From assembly GCA_004322215.1 (NCBI GenBank), contig SCSM01000011.1:450697-514696 (forward strand): a stretch of 64,000 nt of DNA, read 5' to 3'. The number at the start of each line of letters is the position of its first letter. Positions within the stretch are counted from its first letter, which is position 1. A program made the position numbers and the translations under genes. Positions 28,581 to 38,141 of this stretch are shown here, piece after piece. Source of the DNA: Bacteroidota bacterium (GTDB lineage: Bacteria; Bacteroidota; Ignavibacteria; Kapaibacteriales; UBA2268). Under the pieces are notes generated by a model. That model made no database searches and was not told the DNA's origin. It saw nothing but the letters and a program-made list of their open reading frames with translations.

Positions 28581-28612
28581 ATCAAACCTGAATATTTATT
28601 TCAGAAATATAA

Positions 28613-29944
28613 TTATGCAGATGCAACTTTAGTAAATTCAAATCCTTTGTCATTTGTATTTATTTTAATTGTATCACCTGCCGTAAACTCTGATTCTAAC
28701 AATTTTAGTGCCAAAGCATCGGTAATATGCTTTTGCAACGCCCTCTTCAGTGGTCTTGCTCCGAATTGAGTGTCATAGCCGATTCTCGTGAGCCAATCCA
28801 ATGCGTCTTCCGAAATTTCCAGTTTAATGTCCAATTTATTCAGCTTGCTTTTCAATCCGTTCATCTGTAAAAGAGCAATTTGGTGTATTTCTTCCCTGAT
28901 TAATGGCTTGAATAGAATGATTTCATCAATTCTATTCAAAAACTCAGGACGCATTTTCTTTCTGAGCATATCAATTATATTCACTCTTAGCTTGCTCATC
29001 AGTTCTTCGCGATTATTCTCATTTATATCCTGGAGCTTATCCTGAATTATTTCAGTTCCGAGATTCGATGTCATAATGATAATAGTATTCTTGAAATTAA
29101 CTGTCCTTCCTTTTCCGTCTGTAAGTCGTCCTTCATCCAACACCTGTAACAATACATTGAATACTTCCGGATGTGCCTTTTCGATTTCATCGAGCAGTAC
29201 AACTGAATAAGGATGATGCCTGACTGCCTCTGTCAACTGTCCTCCTTCCTCATATCCGACATACCCGGGAGGAGCACCAATCAGTCTCGATACAGAATAT
29301 TTTTCCATATACTCGCTCATATCAATGCGAACCATTGATGTTTCAGAATCAAATAGAAACTCAGCCAAAGCTCTCGCCATTTCTGTTTTGCCGACACCCG
29401 TCGAACCGAGAAAAATGAATGAGCCGATTGGTCGGTTAGCATCCTGCAAGCCGGCTCTCGTTCTTCTTATTGCATTCGCCACAGCCGATACAGCTTCTTC
29501 CTGGTCCACAAGCCGTTGATGAATCCTTTCTTCTATTTTCAGAAGTTTCGTTCTTTCTGTTTCCAACATTCTCTGAACGGGAATGCCTGTCCATTTCGCT
29601 ACTATTTCGGCAATGTCTTCCGAGTCAACTTCCTCTTTCAGTAATTTTGAATTTTTCTGTACTTCGACAAGTTTTTCGTTGGCTTCTTTAAGTTTCTTTT
29701 CTAAATCAAGTATGGTTCCGTAACGAAGTTCAGCGACCTTGCCGAGTTCACCCTGCCGTTCGAAATCATCTGCTCTTTGTTTTGTTTCTTCAATTCGTGC
29801 TTTGAAGCTTCTGATGTTTTGTATTATGCTCTTTTCCTTTTCCCATCTAACTTTAAGCCCGGACTGCTCCTGCTTAAGATTAGCAAGTTCCTTCTCAATT
29901 TCTTCGAGCCGCTTTTTTGTAGAATCAGTTTGAGTTATATCCAT
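28613..29944 (-). pseudogene. clpB: ClpB disaggregase reduced to its C-terminal half (partial M-domain coiled coil, NBD2 and C-terminal domain). The N-domain and NBD1 are absent, so this is a truncated gene or fragment.
   Basis: The 443-aa ORF begins in the M-domain (..KKRLEEIEKELANLKQE..) and then carries a complete NBD2 (..FLGSTGVGKTEMARALAEFLFD.., ..VVLLDEIEKAHPEVFNVLLQVLDEGRLTDGKGRTVNFKNTIIIMTSN..). In-frame TGA and TAA stops lie immediately upstream of the ATG. The next 400 bp (29945-30341) are non-coding, so the roughly 1.3 kb that an N-domain plus NBD1 would need is not present. Confidence 0.6.
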
Positions 29945-30020
29945 TTTTTATCATGAAAAACAGTCAATAAACAACAACTAATATAAGAATTTAGCACGAA
30001 TTTATTGTAATATATTACAT

Positions 30021-30127
30021 GTCATTCTGAGTCCCGATTTTAATCGGGACGAAGAATCTTCTTAAATCACAAATCGTTAATCTTTATTCTTAAATCCTGA
30101 TGGTCATTCCGTACTCGTCACTGAATC
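30021..30127 (+). repeat. Two copies of a small hairpin-containing repeat, GTCATTC(C)-[hairpin or spacer]-G(A)GAATC(C). One is 30021-30057 and the other 30104-30127. A third, inverted copy lies at 32263-32290.
   Basis: The copies are gtcattctgagtcccgattttaatcgggacgaagaatc, ggtcattccgtactcgtcactgaatcc, and at 32263 ggattcctgctttcgcaggaatgac (reverse orientation). Confidence 0.4.
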
Positions 30128-30341
30128 CATTGATTTAAACCAATATCAGAATAGTTTGTTATCATTGTTATATATAGTGTAATGCCCATAGTTTCTCAGG
30201 GCTAAATAATACAATCCATTTTAATCATAGTAATCATTGAAATCACAAAAATCACATTTCAGACTTTTTTATTATTTCACTGAAACATTTTGCCGTTTTA
30301 TTTGTTATTACATAAAGTATAATGACAATATTGGAAGTATT

Positions 30342-32228
30342 ATGAGAAATCTCATTTATATTTGCTTAGCAATTTCACTTATAATTGTTAATAATACCGA
30401 TTGTTATCCTCAGTTTGTAGATTTCCCAACTTATTACGATTGGGGCAGAAATAGAATTGATATGCCTCGATTTCCCGCTGGTCCTTATGAATCTGATGAC
30501 GGTTATCCGGTGATATTGTTTATTAATAATTATTTTGATGATGTCATTATTTATGGTTATAGAATTATATCTGAGATAAATGGCAGTGCTTTTGAATTTG
30601 ACAAAAATGCTTTTAATAATGTTGTGGTACATCCTCAGGATGGTATTCTTGTTCCGGTTAAATTTCATCCCAAAAAACCAGGTCCGCATCTTTTAATTCT
30701 TGAATTAATTAATTCTGAATTTATTAACGCAAGATACACTTTAAAGGGAACTGGTATTGTGCCCAAGGTAATCACAAGTGATGTTGATTTCGGGAGTACA
30801 ATATTACAGGATTATAATAATCCTAACAGTAGAAAAGTAAGATTCACAAATCCTAATTCGAGTGAATGGGAATATGGTGATACTCTCACAATTAATAATT
30901 TCACTATTAAACCAATAGGAAATGAAATAGGAATCAGTACAAACTGGGGAACTGAAGGATTCAGATATCAGAAATCCTCACTTAATCTACCTGTAAAACT
31001 TGCACAGGGAGAATATCTCGAATTCGTTGCTGAATTCGTTGCCGATAAAGTTCCTCAATCAAGTGCATCTCTTATCAGTGCAAGCAATGCCGATACAGAA
31101 GCTGTTTCTAATTGGACCGGATATGGAATTGTACAGGGTATAAGAGTTACAGCAGGAGAAGTTTCAACTTGTTATAATACCCCTCTTGTTATTAAATGTA
31201 TAGTTTATAATACCGGTTCTGATGATTTGACTGTTGATTCATTAAAGATACAACCTTTGGATTCTCAAAGTGTAGGTGTTTTTGAGTTTGTCTCTCCAAA
31301 TGATTCATTAGGATTTCAGCTTGTTGCAAATGAATTTAAAGAAATCGAAATCAGTTATAATCCAAAGAAACCATCACAAGGAAATATACCGTCTATTACT
31401 ACTCACAAAGCAAATTTAGTTGTCTATAATAATACAATATTTACCCCTATTGTATTAAGTGAAACACCTTTGATAGGCAATGCTATGCATCAATATGTAA
31501 CAACAAGGTTAGAATTATCGAGAGATTCGGTTACAATTGGTGATACAGTCGATGCTAAAATAATTCTGTTACCTGGTGAAGATTTAGCTAATCACAATAT
31601 TGATACGATGGATATTACTTTAAAATATAATACCGGATTTTTGAAATTTTTGAGAGACGAAATTCGATTGGATGGAATATTGAAAGACAGGTTTATTACT
31701 GATTCGGTAAATGTATCCGATTCGACTGGTGAAGTACAAATTAGTCTTTCTTCAAAAACTGATTTATACAACTTTCCGGAAGGTGGCGAACTATTAAAAT
31801 TTAAATTCCTTACTGTAACTCCTCTTGATACATATACAGTTGCTTTCATTCAGCATGATATGATACATCATTTATGCTTATGCCTGGATAAAATTTGTGA
31901 AAATCCGGAACCGGTAAGGTTAGTAAACTATAATTCAGTAATAAAAATAATATCATTAAACAATAAAGATTTTGATGTTAAAGATATAATTCCTAATCCT
32001 GTTCTCAGTGGCTTTTTTAAATTAGTATTTAGAATTGGACAAACAGGTACAACTGAAATCAAAATATATAATTCATTTGGACAACTGTCTGCTTATTCAA
32101 TGATTGAAAATCTAATTCCGGGAGTATATTCAATTATAATTGATGTCAGCAATCTCCCAATCGGAGCTTACTGGTGCGATTTGCTCTCCGGTTCATATCA
32201 CGAAACAAAAATGTTTATCGTGAAGTGA
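30342..32228 (+). CDS. Secreted protein with a T9SS C-terminal sorting domain; function unknown. It has Ig-like or beta-sandwich repeats.
   Basis: I take the start at the internal Met giving the signal peptide MRNLIYICLAISLIIVNN. The ORF-track start at 30237 lacks one. The C-terminus ..TEIKIYNSFGQLSAY...GVYSIIIDVSNLPIGAYWCDLLSGSYHETKMFIVK fits the T9SS C-terminal pattern. Confidence 0.65.
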   Translation: MRNLIYICLAISLIIVNNTDCYPQFVDFPTYYDWGRNRIDMPRFPAGPYESDDGYPVILFINNYFDDVIIYGYRIISEINGSAFEFDKNAFNNVVVHPQDGILVPVKFHPKKPGPHLLILELINSEFINARYTLKGTGIVPKVITSDVDFGSTILQDYNNPNSRKVRFTNPNSSEWEYGDTLTINNFTIKPIGNEIGISTNWGTEGFRYQKSSLNLPVKLAQGEYLEFVAEFVADKVPQSSASLISASNADTEAVSNWTGYGIVQGIRVTAGEVSTCYNTPLVIKCIVYNTGSDDLTVDSLKIQPLDSQSVGVFEFVSPNDSLGFQLVANEFKEIEISYNPKKPSQGNIPSITTHKANLVVYNNTIFTPIVLSETPLIGNAMHQYVTTRLELSRDSVTIGDTVDAKIILLPGEDLANHNIDTMDITLKYNTGFLKFLRDEIRLDGILKDRFITDSVNVSDSTGEVQISLSSKTDLYNFPEGGELLKFKFLTVTPLDTYTVAFIQHDMIHHLCLCLDKICENPEPVRLVNYNSVIKIISLNNKDFDVKDIIPNPVLSGFFKLVFRIGQTGTTEIKIYNSFGQLSAYSMIENLIPGVYSIIIDVSNLPIGAYWCDLLSGSYHETKMFIVK

Positions 32229-32262
32229 ATTTCAATTATTTTTTCTTTTAAAAAATCGACAT

Positions 32263-32290
32263 GGATTCCTGCTTTCGCAGGAATGACATC
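32263..32290 (-). terminator. Hairpin (GGATTCCTGC-tttc-GCAGGAAT) shared by the two convergent genes. It is also the inverted member of the GTCATTC repeat family.
   Basis: A perfect 8-10 bp stem lies between the stop at 32228 (+) and the stop at 32293 (-). Confidence 0.45.
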
Positions 32291-32292
32291 TA

Positions 32293-33186
32293 TCAAAACA
32301 CTAACTTCAATCCTATTCTCATATTATCGTAATTCATCGGTGTTTCCGATTTAAAAGGCCAGTTCATTTGATGACGTCGAAATTCATAGAATAAAAATGA
32401 AATGGCATTTTTTATTAGGAAATTAACGGCAGGCAGATTACTTCTGTTTAAATTAATAACTTCGATTCCATATAAATCAATTGCTCTTTGGATTAACAAT
32501 TCGAGTGAACTGCTTCCTAACCATTTCAATGCAAGATGTCGCGGAAATATTATTTGATGCTCATATCCAATATCGAATTTCAATACCGGCATTACATCGA
32601 TGAGCAATCCGCAATCGAACGAAGTTCCAAATCGAAATTCCTCATCAAAAAGTACGGCGATATTGCTGTCGGATGGATTTGAAGGAAAGTTTTCAATATC
32701 AACCTTTGTCCAGTTTATCGTTCCCGAATTGTACAATGTGAATTTTGTTTTATCTTTGAGAGAATATCCGTATCCGTTGCTGTAGCCGAATCCGAAGCAC
32801 CATGCGTCAGTCGTTACACCATTCGTAATTTTTTTCCTGTCTAATTTCAGATAAGAAGAAGTATTCCTTAAAAAAGTATACTCTGATGCAAAGTAATAAT
32901 TCCCAATTTGAGTGAAGGATGTATCTAAACGCAAGAATCCATACCTTAAATCCAATGAAAATGCTTTGACTATCGGTGTATTGAATTGTCCGCCGAATCC
33001 GGGAAGCTCCAAACCATAGTACAACTCTAAGAAATAATTGTTTTTAACTTCCTTGGGATATTTCAATTTATTAAGGAAATTATCTATTTCCGAAATTCTC
33101 GATGTGTCATTTTTCGCATGACCTATATAAGCAAATAGAGAGGTAATTATCAAAAATAATATGGTTGTGATTTTCACTTTTCTCAA
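32293..33186 (-). CDS. Hypothetical secreted outer-membrane beta-barrel-like protein, paralog of 23519-24397
   Basis: 297 aa with a signal peptide and a C-terminal ..GLKLVF. It shares the conserved blocks of the 23519 gene. Confidence 0.5.
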   Translation of the reverse strand: MRKVKITTILFLIITSLFAYIGHAKNDTSRISEIDNFLNKLKYPKEVKNNYFLELYYGLELPGFGGQFNTPIVKAFSLDLRYGFLRLDTSFTQIGNYYFASEYTFLRNTSSYLKLDRKKITNGVTTDAWCFGFGYSNGYGYSLKDKTKFTLYNSGTINWTKVDIENFPSNPSDSNIAVLFDEEFRFGTSFDCGLLIDVMPVLKFDIGYEHQIIFPRHLALKWLGSSSLELLIQRAIDLYGIEVINLNRSNLPAVNFLIKNAISFLFYEFRRHQMNWPFKSETPMNYDNMRIGLKLVF

Positions 33187-33213
33187 ATTGAATTAATCAA
33201 GCGAATTGTACTT

Positions 33214-34404
33214 TTAAATTTCAAGTGCTGCAACACCCGGTAAAATCTTTCCCTCCAGGTATTCAAGTGAGGCACCGCCACCTGTAGAAACATGGGTAAC
33301 CTTATTCTGGAAATTCATTTTGTTAATCGCTGCGGCAGAATCTCCTCCACCAACAATAGTAATTGCTCCTCTTCCTGTAACATCAGCCAGTTGCCGGGCA
33401 ATAGAATAAGTCCCTTTCGCAAAATTATCCATTTCAAAAACGCCCATAGGCCCGTTCCAAACAATGGTTCTTCCTTTCGATATTTCTTCATTGAACAATT
33501 TTTGTGTGTCCGGTCCTATGTCCATCCCCATCCAGCCGTCGGGAATCGAATCGGATTTTACGGTTTTAAATGAGGCATCGTTGCTGAATGAATCTGCAAT
33601 AATCGTATCGGATGGAAGGATAAGTTTTACATTTTTTGTTTTTGCTTCATCGAGCAATTCCTTTGCCATTTGTATTCTGTCTTCTTCGAGCAATGATTTT
33701 CCTATATTATATCCCATTGCTTTAAAGAAAGTATAAGCCATACCTCCGCCAATCAGTATGGAACTGCATTTATCCATAAGATACTTTATAACATCAATTT
33801 TGCCGGAAATTTTGGCACCGCCGAGAACAGCTACGAATGGTTTAACAGGATTCGTTACCGTTTTACCGAGATATTCTATTTCATTTATCATAAGGTAGCC
33901 GGCAAGCCGTGTGTCGAACAACTTAGCAACGGCTTCTGTACTTGCATGTGCCCTGTGTGCCGAGCCAAATGCATCGTTTACGTAAGCATCACCCAATTGT
34001 GCAAGTTGTTTTGCAAATTCCAAATCATTCTTTTCTTCTTCCTTATGGAATCTGAGATTTTCGAGTAATACAACTTGCCCCACTGCTGCCTCGTTTACAG
34101 CTTGTAATGCACGTTCCCCAACGCAATCAACTGCAAAAATCACATCATATCCGTATTTATCAATCATCAGGTCGGCAACCGGCTTAAGGGAATATTTCAG
34201 ATTTATCTCACCTTTTGGCCTACCCAGATGAGACATCAGGACAGGTATGCTCCCGTAATCAATAATTTTATCAATCGTCGGAAGTGATTCTTTAATTCTC
34301 GTATCATCGGTTACCTGCCGTTCGTCATCGAGCGGAACGTTGAAATCAACTCTTACTAATACTTTTTTACCTTCAATTCTAACTTCATCAATTGATTTAA
34401 TCAT
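33214..34404 (-). CDS. pgk: Phosphoglycerate kinase
   Basis: The start is set at MIKSIDEV.. because the ORF-track start 39 nt upstream is not needed. The PGK motifs present are ..RVDFNVP.., ..SHLGRP.. and ..GGGASLE.. Confidence 0.95.
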   Translation of the reverse strand: MIKSIDEVRIEGKKVLVRVDFNVPLDDERQVTDDTRIKESLPTIDKIIDYGSIPVLMSHLGRPKGEINLKYSLKPVADLMIDKYGYDVIFAVDCVGERALQAVNEAAVGQVVLLENLRFHKEEEKNDLEFAKQLAQLGDAYVNDAFGSAHRAHASTEAVAKLFDTRLAGYLMINEIEYLGKTVTNPVKPFVAVLGGAKISGKIDVIKYLMDKCSSILIGGGMAYTFFKAMGYNIGKSLLEEDRIQMAKELLDEAKTKNVKLILPSDTIIADSFSNDASFKTVKSDSIPDGWMGMDIGPDTQKLFNEEISKGRTIVWNGPMGVFEMDNFAKGTYSIARQLADVTGRGAITIVGGGDSAAAINKMNFQNKVTHVSTGGGASLEYLEGKILPGVAALEI

Positions 34405-34471
34405 AAAAATCCCCTTAAACAAATTAAAAAAAATCCCTCTCATTTCGGGGAGGGATTTGGAGTGGGTTTTC

Positions 34472-35467
34472 TTAACTCAATAATTTTTCCATCAAATCAA
34501 CAATCCTGCAGGAATAACCGAATTCATTATCATACCAGCCGACAACCTTTATAAAGTTACCGCTCGCAATCGTTAATTCAGAATCGAAAATACAGGAATG
34601 TGAATTTCCTATTATATCAACTGAAACAAGCGGTTCAGTTGAATACTCCAGAATTCCTTTTAGGCTTGTTTCCGCTGCTTTTTTCATCGCAGAATTTATT
34701 TCTTCTTTTATTACTTCTTTTTTCAGAACAGCAGAGAAATCGGTAATTGAACCATCAGGAACAGGAATACGAATTGCATATCCGTTAAGTTTTCCTTTTA
34801 GCTCGGGTATAACCAACGCAACTGCCTTAGCAGCACCTGTTGTCGTTGGAATGGCGCTGACAGCAGCAGCTCTTGCCCTTCGTAAATCCTTGTGAGGTAA
34901 ATCGAGAATCCTTTGGTCGTTTGTGTAAGCATGCACTGTTGTCATTATCCCGCTAACCACTCCGAAATTGTCATTCAGAACTTTCACCATAGGTGCAAGG
35001 CAATTCGTTGTGCATGATGCATTTGATATAAGCTTCTCTTTCCCTGTCAATGAATTGTCATTAACACCTAAAACAACAGTTGCATCCAATTCCTCTTTTG
35101 CCGGTGCGGATAGAAGAACTTTCTTAGCACCGTTAGCCAGATGCTTTTCCAATGGTTCCCGTTTTGTATAAACTCCTGTTGATTCTAAAACTATATCAAC
35201 ATTACCTTTCCACGGTAATGATTCGATTTGCCTTTCTGCAGATATCGGAATCTTAATACCGTTAACTATAATACTATTTCCATCAACCTTCAAATCTTCC
35301 TGGAATTTACCATGAACCGAGTCATATTTTAATAAATGAGCAAGTGTTGGGGCATCAGTTATATCATTAATACCAACAAATTCAAATTTTCCCTTCCTCT
35401 TTAATGCTTCACGAAATGCGAGACGTCCGATTCTTCCGAAACCGTTAATAGCAAGTTTTATAGGCAT
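34472..35467 (-). CDS. gap: Glyceraldehyde-3-phosphate dehydrogenase
   Basis: The ATG start gives MPIKLAINGFGRIGR (Rossmann fold). The active site is ..SNASCTTNCLAP.. The ORF-track start at 35482 is a TTG codon upstream. Confidence 0.95.
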   Translation of the reverse strand: MPIKLAINGFGRIGRLAFREALKRKGKFEFVGINDITDAPTLAHLLKYDSVHGKFQEDLKVDGNSIIVNGIKIPISAERQIESLPWKGNVDIVLESTGVYTKREPLEKHLANGAKKVLLSAPAKEELDATVVLGVNDNSLTGKEKLISNASCTTNCLAPMVKVLNDNFGVVSGIMTTVHAYTNDQRILDLPHKDLRRARAAAVSAIPTTTGAAKAVALVIPELKGKLNGYAIRIPVPDGSITDFSAVLKKEVIKEEINSAMKKAAETSLKGILEYSTEPLVSVDIIGNSHSCIFDSELTIASGNFIKVVGWYDNEFGYSCRIVDLMEKLLS

Positions 35468-35637
35468 TACAATCCCTTTCAAAAAAAATTATTCAAAATG
35501 TACTTATAATTTTACTGTAAACGCAAATTATCAAAAATAAGTTTTAAAAAAAATTTATCCATTTTAACAGTATTATATCAAATATTCAAAAAGTTGCTAA
35601 TAATTCATTGATAGTTCTATATAGCAGGAATTTATCT

Positions 35638-37005
35638 CTAAATATTTTTCAATAATTTTACAATAAATTTTGAACCTTTATTTATTTCTGTTTCTATTTC
35701 GATTTGTCCCTTAAGTATATCAATACACTTTTTTGCAACAGATAATCCGATGCCTGTGCCTCTTAGTGTTCCGGAATTCTTGCATCTGTAAAAAGTATCA
35801 TATATATAAGGTATTTCTTCTGTAGGAATTCCGATTCCATAATCCTGAACCGATATTTCTATATAATTATTATTCGTTTTTATTGAGCTTATTATATCCG
35901 AGCCGGCAGGTGAAAATTTTACTGCATTGGAAATAATATTATATAGGACTTGTTTTAATAACTTTTGGTCAGAAACCAATTCAATATTTTCAGATTCAAT
36001 TTTAAATTTGAAATTGTGAACACCTTTGTCGCTGAACTCCTGCTCATGTACAAGCCGTACAAAAAATTCGACGACATTGAATTTCGATGAATCTATATAT
36101 AGACTGCTTGCTTCACTTTTACTGATAACGAGTATGTTTTCGAGCAATCTTGTCATCGTATTGACTGATTCATTTATATTATCTAAATGTTTGTAAAACT
36201 TGGCTTCAAGATTGTTAATTTCAAAATATCTTCTTAATATTTCAGATGAACTTAGTATTACTGTCAATGGAGTGCGGTATTCATGGGAAATCATGGAAAT
36301 GAAACTCGTTTTCATTGCACTTAATTCTTTTTCAACGTTAAGTGCTTTTGCCAAATCCTCCTTGGCTTTAATCAGTTCAATCTGTGCCTTACTTTTTTCA
36401 TCATATTCATTTCTCAATATTTTTAGAGTTTCCTCCAATTGTGCAGTTCTTTCATGGACACGTTGCTCAAGACCAATATTAAGATTCTTAATTTTCTCTT
36501 CTGCATCCTTTATCTCGTTAATATCCCTGAAAATGGAAATAATCAATTTATCATTTTTATAATCAATTAATCTTGACGAAATGATACATGTATGAAATTC
36601 ATTATGAGCTAAATTCAGTTGTGTTTCATATATTATTAAATTTTTATCCTTTTCAGTTGAGTTGAGAAATATATCCCTGTTGCTTTTATTCAGTTCGATG
36701 CCCAATTCCAGTGCTGTATTACCTATTATTTGCTCTTTTGTTAAACCTGTAAGAATTAAAAAATTATCGTTCACATCAATGAACTCTCCGGTTTCAAATT
36801 TGCTTATTGCTATTGCCTCAGGGCTTAACTGAAATATTACACCGTAATTCAGTTCGTTATCAATTAAATATTCATCAGATATTTTCGATAAAGTACTTGG
36901 AATATTATTATCTTTTATGTGGCTAATTCTAATATTCTTGATTTTGCTTCTTAGTTCATTCAATTCGGAAATTAATTCATCTTTAGTTTTTGTTTGGTCA
37001 TTCAT
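35638..37005 (-). CDS. Sensor histidine kinase (PAS domain, HisKA and HATPase); orphan, with no adjacent response regulator
   Basis: 455 aa with an H-box ..SHEYRTPLTVIL.. and an ATPase domain carrying G-boxes (..DYGIGIP.., ..GTGIGLSVAKK..). Confidence 0.85.
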   Translation of the reverse strand: MNDQTKTKDELISELNELRSKIKNIRISHIKDNNIPSTLSKISDEYLIDNELNYGVIFQLSPEAIAISKFETGEFIDVNDNFLILTGLTKEQIIGNTALELGIELNKSNRDIFLNSTEKDKNLIIYETQLNLAHNEFHTCIISSRLIDYKNDKLIISIFRDINEIKDAEEKIKNLNIGLEQRVHERTAQLEETLKILRNEYDEKSKAQIELIKAKEDLAKALNVEKELSAMKTSFISMISHEYRTPLTVILSSSEILRRYFEINNLEAKFYKHLDNINESVNTMTRLLENILVISKSEASSLYIDSSKFNVVEFFVRLVHEQEFSDKGVHNFKFKIESENIELVSDQKLLKQVLYNIISNAVKFSPAGSDIISSIKTNNNYIEISVQDYGIGIPTEEIPYIYDTFYRCKNSGTLRGTGIGLSVAKKCIDILKGQIEIETEINKGSKFIVKLLKNI

Positions 37006-37199
37006 ATTTACTAACCTATAAATCTACAAGAAATTTTAAATAATTTTTAATAATAGATTATGAATTTATAATTCAAATATAATTAAGCAGAAGAAAATAA
37101 CTGATAAAAATTGTTAGATGGCGTTATATGAATTAGTTCAATAATTTATGATGGGTAATAAATTGGGTAAGTATGGAAAAAAAGTACATTTAAAACCTG

Positions 37200-37273
37200 C
37201 TCCTGAGGAGGGACTTGAACCCCCGACCCTCTGATTAACAGTCAGATGCTCTAACCAGCTGAGCTACTCAGGA
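37200..37273 (-). tRNA. tRNA-Asn (anticodon GTT)
   Basis: The reverse complement is TCCTGAGTAGCTCAGCTGGTTAGAGCATCTGACTGTTAATCAGAGGGTCGGGGGTTCAAGTCCCTCCTCAGGAG. It folds as a cloverleaf with a 7-bp acceptor stem, a GTTCAAG T-loop and the anticodon loop CTGTTAA. Confidence 0.9.
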
Positions 37274-37388
37274 AAATCATAAGACTACAAAATTAAATAA
37301 TATTTCTGTATTTTTCTAAATATTTTTGTATTGTATGTTCATTTTTTTTTAATATTTTCATTTTTTAATTTAATGTTTTAAAAATCTT

Positions 37389-38129
37389 ATGATTGTAAAT
37401 ACTGAAGCTATTATTCTCAAATCATTAAAATACAGCGATTCAAGTAAAATTCTATGGCTTTTCACTAAGGATTATGGCAAGATTTCTGTAATAGCAAAAG
37501 GTGCAAGACAAACAAAAAGTAAATTCGGGGCGGCTCTGGAACCACTGTCTGTTTCTAATATCTTTTTCTATAAAAAATCAAACAGGGAATTGCATACACT
37601 GTCATCTGCTGAATTAATTACAGATTTCAACAACATTCAAAATTCACTCGAAAGTATGGTATGTGGCTTAATGATTCTTGAATCCCTGATTCAGTCTCTG
37701 GATGAAAATGAAACTAATAACAGTTTATATGAAAAACTCAGATTATCCCTGGCATTACTAAATAGCAATAATAAAAATCCCTTTTCCATATTTTCTGCAT
37801 TCCAGATTGAATTGGCACATCAACTTGGATTTAGCATGAAATTTGATTATCATATTAATAGTTTGAATAAATTTCCAAAAAATTTAATTTTCTCTTTAGA
37901 AAATGGATATATTGTTGATGAAGAAAATAATAAAATTAAGTTTTTTTTCCGGCTTGATACTGAATTGGTAAGAATTTTAAAAAATATTGAAAATACAAGA
38001 ATTGATGAATTGGCTTCAATTGAAATTCCAACTTCACTGCACAAACAATTAAAAGATTTTTTTGTGAGTTATTTCAGTTTTCATTTAGAAAAGCCCTTCG
38101 GTTACAAAACATTCAGATTACTCAAATAA
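37389..38129 (+). CDS. recO: DNA repair protein RecO
   Basis: 246 aa with an N-terminal OB fold (..EAIILKSLKYSDSSKILWLFTKDYGKISVIAKGARQ..). Confidence 0.8.
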   Translation: MIVNTEAIILKSLKYSDSSKILWLFTKDYGKISVIAKGARQTKSKFGAALEPLSVSNIFFYKKSNRELHTLSSAELITDFNNIQNSLESMVCGLMILESLIQSLDENETNNSLYEKLRLSLALLNSNNKNPFSIFSAFQIELAHQLGFSMKFDYHINSLNKFPKNLIFSLENGYIVDEENNKIKFFFRLDTELVRILKNIENTRIDELASIEIPTSLHKQLKDFFVSYFSFHLEKPFGYKTFRLLK

Positions 38130-38141
38130 ACCGATAGATTT

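Noticed and set aside
37200-37273. tRNA-Asn as an integration hotspot for a genomic island
   Set aside because: No integrase, no direct repeat of the tRNA 3' end and no compositional shift were found on either side. The neighbours, a histidine kinase and recO, look native.
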